In this document: positions 12,701 to 24,317 of the stretch, in pieces | How positions within the stretch are numbered: position 1 is the first letter of the stretch | How the letters are laid out: the number at the start of each line of letters is the position of its first letter | Assembly: GCA_904063045.1 (NCBI GenBank) | Contig: CAJFCJ010000004.1 | Location: 737,713 to 801,712, forward strand | DNA from: Dimorphilus gyrociliatus | Lineage: Eukaryota; Animalia; Annelida | Length of the DNA stretch: 64,000 nt | Direction: 5' to 3' | Notes under the pieces: model-generated | What the model saw: only the letters and a program-made list of their open reading frames with translations | Database searches by the model: none | Told to the model about the DNA's origin: nothing | Made by a program: the position numbers and the translations under genes

Positions 12701-15700
12701 AAACGATTCTAGTAATGGACCTTTAAAAAAACTACGGTTAAATTTGAAAAAGACGCTAACACCTAATGTATTGACTTTGAAATGGAAAAATAAAGTAGAG
12801 AGAATATAGTAAATAAATGAAATTAGGTCAAACTAGAGTGTTCTAACACTGTAATTAAGGTACAAAAAACATAGATGATCAGTATTTTGGGGGAGTTAAT
12901 ATCCAAGATTTGCACAGTTTTTACATAAATGTATAAATCTGTATTTTTGCAGTATATCTATTTTAAAAAACCCAGTAGAAAGAAATCCGATTTTTTGTAG
13001 TTGCTAAGTCAGTTGAAAATTGCAAGTGTCAACTGCAAAGTAAACAAAATTAAGCTGTAAACATTTTAAGGCAACTTTCCGACAGGAATAAAACTTTTCA
13101 CAAGATGAAACTGTCCAGGGAGTTAAGTGTTTTTTTTTATAAAGGTCATAACGCAGTTTTTGCAGTCGCCAGCGCCGTCTACGAGCCGATAGCGAATAAA
13201 CAAACGTACCGCCAATTTTAGACGGTGACGGTTTTTATTCCAACACGGCTCAACGACGCTCCGATTCAACGCCGTTTTCCGGCGCATTTTCCTGGACCGT
13301 ACTGCAACGCAGTACGGCCGGGATGATGACCGAACTATTATCTTACTTGTTTGATAATGTAGAAAGGTTTTTAAAAGATTGCATACTGGAGGAATTTTTT
13401 CTCTCTATCGTGATTATTCTTACAGATTTGAAAACCCTTCAGACCGCAAATTTACTGCCGAAACTGTACAGCCGGAGGCCTACGGAAGATCGATGGCGGT
13501 TCGTAGCAAGGATACGACCGTGACGGTAAGTTACATTATTTGATAACCCGTCCCTCTACTGCAATGCGACTGCGATTATTTGCGGTCTTATAGAACGTAC
13601 AGCAATTCGATAATACGAATCCGTCGTCGATAAGGCGAGCTTCCGATTTTCTCAGGCGAAAGTTTATGACACCGGTAAACACGAAATTATTCTTAGGCCT
13701 GTGCAACTCATTTTATTAGCTTTTGGCCTACTGCTATTCTATTGCGAATCCGGCTTTTAGAATGCCTTGATTAATTGCTGTAATTAAAGTTTTGAATACC
13801 TGCAGCATTTTATATAACTTGGAATCTATCGAAGAGAAGTTTTCCCTCTATTTAACGCATTTTTAGCTATCAGATAAAGGATTACATATATAAATAGACA
13901 GATACAACCCTATATGCATCTATAACAAGCTTGACCACAATTTGCTTGAATAATTATATAAATTATTAGCTGATTTCTATATCCTATTAACCACTTATCG
14001 GCTTAAAGTGGAAATTTGCCTGGAAATAGAAAAAAAATTCATCAATCAAAGCCCCAAAAATACCTCCTTCTCTTTTATCCAACTTCCACTTACGTCCAGT
14101 GTCAGTTATTTTTTTTTATTCTACTGACAAAAATAACCGGATAGGATATTAAAAAGAAAATATTACTATCCTTAATAATCTTTTAGTTTGGTAAGTGCTC
14201 TTAATAAAAGAAAAACATTCTTATTTTTCTATTGTTATTAAATGTTTAACAATCTGATTTTTGGTGCAAAGAAAAAAAGAAAAATGAAATTTAATATTTT
14301 TTTTTTTTAAAAAAAAAACGATTAATTAATTTTTTGAACTAGAAAATATATTTTATAAAAGTTATCTTTGAATTAGATAATATTCACTTTATGATTGAAA
14401 GAAAATTGTTCTTATCACTCTTCTCACCCTTTCCGCTTTTTAGCGTGTAAATTAATCTGGAACTGTTTACCATTCTTACGATGAATTCTAGCAGTTTTGT
14501 ACCAACTGGTAACAACTCATCTATCTCTATAAGGCATAGAAAGTAAAAAGAAATATATAAAAGAGAGTAGAAGACTATTTTTTTAAAAAAAAAAAAAGAA
14601 AGAAATAAAAGTATAAAGAAAATAGGAAGACATAATGATTAGTCGTTTCTTCTTCTCCCTTCTTCTTCTTCGTTTTGTAATGTAATTTCTAAGAAGTTTC
14701 CCTAGGAAATGTAAACATAACATGTGATAAATTTGTTTGGATCTTTGTCAATTTTTATCGATTATTATATAACAGGGATTTATGCAGATATATACAAAAA
14801 GCTATACTACAATCACAAAAAACTTTGTCTTGTTTTCATCTTTCGAAGAGAAATTCTTTTCTTGTAGTATTTACTTAACAAAGAGGAGGGGGAAAGGTAA
14901 AGGGGACGTGGGAGGACGGGGGTAAATAGGGCTAATATACTATCCATATATGTCAGAATGTAAGTAAAGAATCTTTATAGATTTATAAGAAAACATGTAA
15001 CGGAAATTTCAATCAATTAATAAAACACTTAAGCCGGTAAGATGAATAACTAAGGAGAAATCGAATTATCTGATATATAGAATTTTCTATTCAAAAAATT
15101 CGTACAAGTATTTTTTAAGATCTTTTAGTACTGTATTTCATAACGATATATATTCGTTTATTTAAGTAAAACATGGTGAAAAATGTGCACGAACTATAAT
15201 GTCCCCGCAATGATTTGACATTTATTTACTATATTAGCGATACAGCTGGTAAAAGGTCATACTTATAACTCGATTCATCACTATTACGATTCTCTAAATC
15301 TTTAATATCTCTTTTCCAGTTTAACTTTTTATTGATTAATTTTAATTTTAGAACTGACACACTACTATGACTCTTTTAATATTGTCTCTTGCCACAACAA
15401 ACACTTAGAAATTTTAAGAATAAAATATACATTTATCACTATGCTATAAGACATTTTTGGGACGTTAATCATCGAACCTTAACTAACTGAGGACGTGCTT
15501 GTCTAACTGATTGAAAGGAATTTTATAAGTAGGAAAGATTTAGAGACAGAAAGAAAGAGAAAACTAACCAAAACGAACAACAAAGGAATATAGAGTGAGC
15601 GAGTGAGTGAGTGAGTGAGTGACCTGGAGAGAGGTAGGGGGTAGAGAGACAGAAAGTTGCCTAGTTCATAATACAAAAGAGAAAAAAGAACGGTAGTTTC

Positions 15701-17990
15701 ATTCTTTTTACTCATTAAAGTACTAATTACGAGCATAGAAATGAATTCGAGGACAAGAATGCTCTTTTCTCTTTCTTTCTAAAAACCAATAGCTATCAAG
15801 AGTAGAGCATATCGTGTTAATTTACACACTAGCCATTTTTTATCCTTTCTTTTTTTTTAGATGAAAAAAAAGAAAGAAACTGTAAAGTTTAATCATCTTA
15901 TCATATTACATACTTTATTGACAATTTAATTATATTTTTAAAAACAAATGTAAAAACATCACTGATTCTCATAGACTTTGCCTTATTAATTTTTTTAGCC
16001 TATACTCTAGACTTTTTTTTTATTGTTTTAATAATTACAACCTCTTATTCTACGTCAAACATTCATAATAACTATATAAACATAAAAATTAGATGGCAAA
16101 TTAACCGACCTACCTCTTTTTTTCACTATGTTGCTAAAACATAGCAGAAAAAAAGTGAGGGGGCGAAGATAAAAAGAGACACAGGGTGTGAGAGAAAGAT
16201 TTTGAAATTAATGAAAGAGGGAGGTAAAGAGAGAGAGAGAGAGAGAGAAAGAAAGAAAAAAAAAGAAAATTTTGAGAATTGTTACCTCTTTTCATCAATA
16301 AAAGAGAAAAACATTTAATAAGTAATTTATTTTTCTTTACAACGCCAATAAAATATGAGAAATTTAGATGAATACTGCAATTTATTTTGTTTTTTTGCTT
16401 TATTGCGAAAAGAAAAAAAAATATCAAGCTTTTTGTGCTTATAATTAATTTTTCATTTCTCTTCATTCGTATTACATTACTGATTATTAGTATAATATCA
16501 GTATTATTCAATCAAAGATTATGCATAATATTTTTGCAAATCAGTTAAATTATAGCTGAGATCAGCGTTTATTTAAGCCTAGATTAATTAGTTAAAGAAA
16601 TTTTAGCTGGATTTATCCTACTTAGTTGAATTTGTATGTTATCTTCAATAGATGTAAGACAAGAGAGATTGGTATGAGTAATGGAAGTTTCACTAAAAGG
16701 CAAGCGTTAATTAACAGGATAAATAAAAGTATAGTCGCTGCAATTATGAATGGTATTCTCACTTTACGCAAAACCTTTTCTATTGGGGTTAATTACACGT
16801 TTTATATGAAATATATAATTTTCAGCTAAAATTAAACGATTATTGATTGCGTAAGCATTATATCGATACAAATCAATATATCTATTAGAAGGTTACTAAT
16901 TATTTGTTCATTTTTGAGAGAATAGCTATAATTAGCAACTCACCGCGAGATTTTTTAACTAATGCTAATGATTGCCTCTATATATTAAATATATTGCTTA
17001 CATATTTACTCTGTTTGTTATTGGAACGTCTATTATTAATATTTGTCATTTTAATATATATGTTTCTTTTTGATTTGACAGGATTCATTAAGTTTACGAT
17101 CAGAAAATGGTGCAGGAAGTGCAACTTCTAGTTTCGATATGCCAGATCCTCTGCCAGAGCCTGAATTAACAGATAATCTGGGACGCATCCAATTTAGTCT
17201 ATCCTATGACTTCCAGGAAATGACTTTAACTTTGAAGATAATGCGTGCTAATCAATTACCTGCTAAAGATTTCTCAGGAACGAGTGATCCGTACGTAAAG
17301 ATCATGTTATTGCCGGATAAAAAGACAAAATTACAAACGAATATTAAAAGAAGGAACCTAAATCCGATTTGGAATGAAACATTTGCTTTTGAAGGATTTC
17401 CTTTTCAAAAAATACAGAATCGTATATTATACATGCAAGTCTTGGATTATGACAGATTTTCCAGAGATGATCCTATTGGAGAAGTTGCCATCCCCTTATC
17501 AGACGTTAACTTGACAGAACATCAAACGATGTGGAAGAACTTACAGCCCTGTAAAGGTCATTCAGGGAAATTGGGTGAACTACTTATCTCTCTTTGTTAT
17601 CAACCTGCAACTGGTAAGATATCAATTGTAGTCATTAAAGGCAGAGATTTAAAGGCCAAGGACATTTCCGGTACTTCTGATCCTTATGTTAAAATATGGA
17701 TGCTACAGGATGGCAAAAAGATTGAAAAGAAGAAAACATCAACAAAACAATCCAATTTGAATCCTACATTTAATGAAACCTTTACATTTGATGTTCCGTA
17801 TCAAAAAATAAGGCAAACATCTTTAATAATTTCCGTTATGGATTATGATAAACTTGGAAGAAATGAACTAATCGGTCAAGTTGTTTTAGGGGCTAGAAGT
17901 GGTCCAATAGAAGTAAAACATTGGAATGAAATGTTCCAAAAATGTAGGCAACCAGTCGCAAGGTGGCATATTTTGAAGGATTTCGGTTAG
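6706..17990 (+). CDS. SYT7: Synaptotagmin-7
   Basis: Exons 6706-6914 (TM helix plus Cys cluster FLCSCC, phase 2), 13426-13525 (phase 2 to 0) and 17082-17990 (C2A+C2B: [56 protein letters not shown]) splice in frame with GT-AG sites. The C2 sequence closely matches Syt7 as I recall it. The start may extend to an upstream exon. Confidence 0.95.
9095..9108 (+). promoter_or_regulatory. CTCF-like motif in Syt7 intron 1
   Basis: caacagatggcgcc matches the AGRKGGCR core. Confidence 0.35.
10942..10962 (+). other. Candidate 21-nt Syt7 microexon
   Basis: gcgtcttttgcag|ATGCAGTCTAAATATAATTCC|gtatgt; frame-preserving in the phase-2 intron, adds CSLNIIP with no stop. Confidence 0.5.
14902..14931 (+). other. 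G-quadruplex consensus motif in Syt7 intron 2
   Basis: gggg-acgt-ggg-aggac-ggggg-taaata-ggg fits G3+N1-7 x4 on the sense strand. Confidence 0.6.
16227..16247. repeat. (GA)n microsatellite
   Basis: GA run read directly; explains spurious ORF 16134..16511. Confidence 0.85.
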
Positions 17991-20230
17991 GTGATTTTTA
18001 TTCATTCGTAAACATTTTTATCATATGAAAGAAAGAGAATTGTTAAAATGAAGACGGTTTACAGTATTTTACAGCCAAAAATTATAGGTTTTTTATTATT
18101 TTAAATATTTTACTCGGATGTTAAGAGTACCGAAATTGCAACATTTGTATTATATATAAATAATGTACATACGGTACGGAATTCACAGATTATATGTATC
18201 TATATATAAGTACTATATATAGTATATATATGGTACAATAGCATTTGAAATAACGATAGTCGTTTCTTTCAAAAGAGTTGTTTATATCCATAGATATCTA
18301 TGACTATATATACATATATATAAAGTATATATATATTTATATGTATTGATAACAAATATAAAAAACAAGAAAATAGAGCGAACTGATAATCTGATTTCCT
18401 ATATTTCCTATTTATCCCACGGGAAATTAACTATACAAGCCACAAAAGACAATACCACGAAAAGCTAAAAAAAATATTCCTTTTGAAAGAGCTGAGATTT
18501 TTCTTATAAAAGGGAACGAAAAGAAAACTCATCCATCAAAATCATTATCCGCATAGGGCAATGACTTTATAAGGGGATGAATTAGCATCTTTCTTACTTC
18601 TTTATTGAAATGCTATAGAAAACGCTCTAGATATTATAGAATAAGTTTATGGAAAGAAAATATTGTATTAAAGTAATACAATATAAATTCTTCTAGATAA
18701 GATATTTGTGATAATTATAATCAACGATCAATAGTAAAATTTTGTAAATAAATATTTTACTGGGCATTCTCGTTTTCCTCTTTTCCAAATGGTTTCAAAT
18801 TAGATGAAATATTACAAATTGATTAAAGGCACTATTCATGATAGGAAATTATCATTAAATTTTCAGTATGTCAATAAAAATGAAAGACATAAATTTTATT
18901 AATAATACTAAGAGTAAATTGGTAGAAACGTTCGAAAATCATTAAAATAGACGAGAAGAAGTGAAAAAGAAATAAAGGTATATACACACTTACATTTATA
19001 GTACATTACAGATATAAGCGTATATAACCATTGACTTAGAAGGCAGTCTGGAATAAAAAACTATCCTTGAATAAAAGCAAAGAAGTAGATTTCTATTAGA
19101 AAAAAATCCGTCTTCATTTAAAAGTACATTATCTATATTGATTTTATTTATGTATTATGAAATATGTACTATACACAACAAAATGACTTTGCATCATATA
19201 TGTACAGTATATTGTATAAAACAAAAAAAAAGTCTCCATCATCTAGTCGTTCCTTCGTGCCTGCATGTCTTTTTATGTCTTATTTTTTTCCTCTCTCCTA
19301 ATTTACGGAAAAAAATTGGGATGATGGACCAAGATAAACGGAACATGAAACGAAATTTTGTGAACAATTAAAACAAGGTGTATAATAGATCAATAAACAA
19401 GTATATACTGTATTCCTAAACATTTACAGTGCATTGAAGAAACAAATGAATATATAAATATAGGAATTTTATATATATCTATATATATATATGTTCATTT
19501 TTATATCTTCTCCACAACGAAAACTGCAATAAAACCGCCATTTTGTCTGACTTGTATATAAGCAGTTATTGGATAGTAGATCATTGTATAAAAATATCGA
19601 TACTGGGGCACAAAATGTTTGCAGGTTTGTTACAAAATAATAACATTATCAATTATCCTACATAGATTATAATAAATATTTTGTAAACCTACATCAATTA
19701 CATTCAATTCTTCAGTTTTCTGTTCAAAAAGCGTTTTTATGTTCTTATTGGCTTTTTTTTATAAAAAAAAAATACTTTTTACATTTTAGAAAATAAACTG
19801 AAAAAAAGGATATTAAACCTTATAAATAAATAAACATATATACATATTATATGCGTATATGCGTATATACTATATACAAGTCATCTTCTGTTCAGAAACC
19901 AAGTAATATTCTGTCTAGTAATAATCAATATATTGCATATATTGTAAATAATATACTGTAACATTTTAGAAAGTGTAATATTGTACACATGTTTTTATCT
20001 TATGTACAGAATGTTCATATAAAATATATACTAATTCAATATTCAATATACATTATATAATGATATTGTCAGTCTTGAAAGGAAAAAATTTGAATACAAA
20101 CTACTCTAAATATAAGAGAAAATCTTATAAATGTATATAGAATATTTGTAATAATTAGTCAACTAATAAACTAATTACTACAAATATTAAAATTGACAAG
20201 TTTCTTATTTTTTATTCGCCGAAAATGGTA

Positions 20231-21242
20231 TCACTCAACAGGTGACGACTGGTTGGATCCATCTTCATTTGAGCTATGATAACATTCCATCATTTTTGTT
20301 ATTTCTTTAGGAGTAGTGCCCTGGTCCAACTGCTTTACCAGGGTTTTATACTGCAATTATTTTTTTTAAATATTACATTAGTGAGTAGGGAAAAGACATC
20401 ATTAATATTTATAAGGTTTTTTTAGAGCAAATTAGAAAAAATTCTAAATTTCCACTCTTTCCTCTCTTCACTTCCGTTACTATCTTATAATTAATGATAA
20501 TACAGTATTCATATAATGCAACACAAGCAAGTAGAAAGTGTTTAATCATCTGACAAGAAAAGAGTATTATTTATTAGGTTTGTCGAATTGTTAATTAAAA
20601 CTTGGAAGTTTAAAATAACAACATAAAACTCGATACAATATAAAAATTGGGGATAGATATTCTATCAGTTAAAAGATTGAAATGTGATACTTTATCCTTT
20701 TATGTTAATTTAAATTATAGAGAAAAAAAATTACTTAATATATTTGATGAGTATAAAGAATACATTGTAATCAATGAAACCACAGCTTTACAGTATTATT
20801 ACTCTTACTTTACTGTTTTACCTTTTCGAGTTCTTCTCTTAAAAGTACTATCGCTCTTTCTCTGTTAATTACTAATTCATCTAGATACTGATATCTAAAA
20901 AGTAGACAAGATAGGATAAGAATATAAAACAAAATTAGAAAGAATATTAATGAAGTAAAGATCAATGATCGAACCTTAATTTTTTTCTGGCTCTGCACTC
21001 TCTAGCACTCTGTCTACTTCTCTCCAATCTAGCTATATTATCTATTCTTGTCGCTTTTCTTCCCCTCTTACTTTTGGTTGAGTTGTCGTAATTCTTTATT
21101 TTATTTTTTTTTTAGTTTTATTTACAAAACAAATTGACAATTAGACCTATTCACAGTTGAATAGGAAATTAAAGATTACTATAGTTACCGTTGTTCCCTT
21201 CTTCTGGACCGAATTAGACCTTTTTACTTGCTTTTCATCCAT
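20231..21242 (-). CDS. CREBL2: cAMP-responsive element-binding protein-like 2 (bZIP), 108 aa
   Basis: Exons 21228-21242 (MDEKQ), 20975-21093, 20822-20894, 20231-20350 give KRGRK...RLERSRQSARECRARKKLRYQYLDELVINRERAIVLLREELEKYKTLVKQLDQG, the CREBL2 signature. All phases consistent. Confidence 0.95.
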
Positions 21243-22048
21243 AAATTATTAAATGTATAATAAATCATATTTAATGACAATTTCTTTAAATAATGAACAA
21301 ATCACAGATACAAGCTTTCTAGTTTATGGATAGTAGGTCGTTGTTGATATATGGAAATTAATTTTTGAAAGTTATATTCTGATTGGTTGATAATAGAATT
21401 TTAAATAAATTATATTTATTTGGTTTGTAAAGAACTTGTATATTGTTAAGATTTGCAAAATATTGACCTAATTACTTAGAGTGAGGTAAACCTTCAATCA
21501 TTTTTATGCTATGGAATAATTAATTAACTTAGTAAATGTAAATAAAAAATGTTTTCCTTTTAACTTGATAACTTTTGTCTAATTTAAACATTCACATTAT
21601 CTTTTATTTCATCTTCATCTAGTTTACATAAAGTCTTTTATTCTATATCCCAGATGAGTTACTTGTCATTTTTTTTCTTTATTTTTAACCTATTTTAATA
21701 ATATTTAATGAAAGATGCTTGAATTTCTTTTATAAAAATTCATGAATATTTATTGTATATTAATCATCTTTCGCTTGCATTTATATCGATTTTTATCGTT
21801 ATCACAGTAACTTTTTAAAAGATAAACTATTCTATTAGGAGTACAAAGGATAGGCTTATTTAACCTTATCGTTATTAATACGTATTTATTAAGTACATTT
21901 TATCGAATACCACTGATGATAAAGGAGAAGGAGAGTGTTTTATTTAATGATAATTCGGTCAATTACAAGGTCACTTTGGTACCTTATTCAGATAACTTTT
22001 TTATACACGGTATGTAATCCTTTTCTAGAGTTTATCAGTTACTTTTCC

Positions 22049-22062
22049 TGCTAGATGGCGCT
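22049..22062 (+). promoter_or_regulatory. CTCF-like motif in CREBL2 / membrane-protein divergent promoter
   Basis: tgctagatggcgct, about 120 nt upstream of ATG 22185. Confidence 0.5.
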
Positions 22063-22184
22063 GAAAGATTTGTATTAAATTGCCAATTGTGCCTAAACGG
22101 TCGGTTCAAAGGCTGAATTATATTATAGACTACTAACTACAACTAAACAACGGTCGAGAAAAAGCAGCCAAGTACAAAAAAATT

Positions 22185-23577
22185 ATGTTGTCAAGTTCAA
22201 ATGCTAAATCAAGATGCCTCTGGTTAATGTTTATATGGTCGATTTTAATGACCTTAATGTCGCAATTCTTTAATATGAAGGAACATATTGCGTTCTATTT
22301 ATTTGCCATTTTAAGTGTTGTTCTACTTCCAGTTTTAACTGCTATATACAGTAATACAAGCGGTAGAAGGGGTAGTGGACTATTAAGGTTCGTCGAAATC
22401 GTATACCTTCTATACTATGTAATTATATTTCATCCCACTTTACAACTATTCTTTTGTTATACTAAAAAGAGAATCTTTCAAAATTATCTTACTCTTATTG
22501 ACTAATTATATATAATTAGCATTATCTTTCGACTTTTTAGAGCTGGATATGTTCTCACTGATCCTATATTATCTTCAATAACTATTGGTCCATTTCTAAT
22601 ATTGAATAAATTACCGGATATTCTCAATGATATATCGTGCCTACAAAAATTCAATCAAACCGTTTGCCAAATAAATATATCAACAACTGAACTGGATGAA
22701 ACAATATGCGATAGTGTGTTGCTTGATAGAAAGGTTTTTATACTATTATTGCTATTAACCGTACAGTATGTTAAGAATCTTACAAATAGTAATAATTACA
22801 TCAACAAAACCACTAATATAAAATATTTAATTGCAGAAAAAACAGCTAATTCTCATTCAAGCTTCAATAGTTTTACCAGCCATTTTAATCTTTATTCTGG
22901 GTAGAAGAACTCGCAAAATGTACTTGACAACCTTTCTTTTATCCTTTGCTTATTGGTTTGTGGTTACTTTGGAAACTGCATCACTGCTAGACTCTCATAT
23001 AGAACTGATAAAGGATAAGCATACAGTTATAACTACATCAACTATCATCGTCATTACTCAAATATTGACAAACAGTTATGCTGCAGTGACGCTCTGCTCT
23101 TATTTAACGCCAACAGATAACGATTCTTCCGATTACGATAGATTCAATTTAGTATTTCGTAGTTTAGTGGCTATTGTAGGTATATGCTTCTGTGAAATAC
23201 CACTAATAGTAGCTAGAATGAAGATAATATTAGGGGAAAATGGTTCAACATTACACGGGAGCTTTTTTATTTGGTTTCTTAAGAATATTATGACAATTGT
23301 CTGTATTATTTGTGCTAGTATTGGTAGTAAATTTGCTGGGGATAAATTAAAGAGAATGTCATGTAAAGTTAATTGGGATGAATTTGATTCGTCAAACGTT
23401 CATTTCGAACCGGAAAAAAGGGACAGCTATATTGTTCGAATTAAAAAAGAGACTCTTTTGGAAAAATGCAATCTTGTTCATGACAACGTCACAAGTTTAA
23501 TGACTAATAATAGAGAAACTGAATCAAAGGATAACAGAAAGAAGGTTACTTTTAATCTTGAACCAAAGACTTATTGA
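22185..23577 (+). CDS. Multipass membrane protein, about 378 aa, tentatively TMEM26/TMEM121/TMEM236-like
   Basis: Exons 22185-22387, 22541-22733, 22837-23577 splice in frame. Several hydrophobic helices and a C-terminal EIPLIVARM...FFIWFLKNI motif resembling the DxPFxxxR...KN motif of that group (family call is inference). Confidence 0.8.
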
Positions 23578-24317
23578 ACTAATCAACATCTATTTCAAAA
23601 GTTATTCTTATAAACTGCTACCATTACGTAACTTTTCACTGCAACGTACAACTGTAACAGTTCTACTATTATTACTGCTAGTTCAATGACTATTTTTTCT
23701 GCCATATGTCATCGATTGCCAAATATGAGACTATGTATCTCAAGAAAAACATAACGTTCAAGCTCACTTGTATTGGTCAAAGACGACTAGTTCAAAACAG
23801 TATTTTTTTTTTGTAAACTCTCACATACAAAAAAAACTATAAGAAATAATTTTAAAAAAATGATATTCTTTCGTTTTATAAAGCCAGAAAAGAAAACAGC
23901 TCTTTATACTTAATGTTTTGTCCGTTTGTCTACAGTATTCACTATAGAGATAGAAGAAGGTGGAAAGTGGGATAGAAGAGAGAAGAAGAGAGAAATAAAA
24001 ACGTAGAAACAGAAACAAATCTAACGTTATCCCTTGTTCTATTTATTTAATATTTTGTACTTTAATAAGTATTGTTCTGTTGGAAGGAAAAAGATTTAAA
24101 AGAAAGAGAGATAGAAAGGCAAAGAGGGAGAATTATCAGTAAAACGATACATTGTATCTACTATAAATACTGCATACAACTAGTTCATAAAACTTTTCAT
24201 ATAAAAACAAACAAACAAACTAACAAAGAAAATATAAAGTATATATAAATTATTTACATAAACTTGTTTTCTTTAGTATAAACTTTTATCTTAAATGAAA
24301 TTAAGAGAGAGCTTTGT

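Noticed and set aside
14187-14190. 4-nt microexon-like ttttag|TTTG|gtaagt (and a similar one at 11290-11293)
   Set aside because: Frame-shifting, and such spacing arises by chance in AT-rich introns; no supporting context.
1016-16829. Many 60-125 aa ORFs in the track within and upstream of Syt7
   Set aside because: Low-complexity F/L/S/I-rich translations of AT-rich or microsatellite DNA with non-ATG starts; no domain features.
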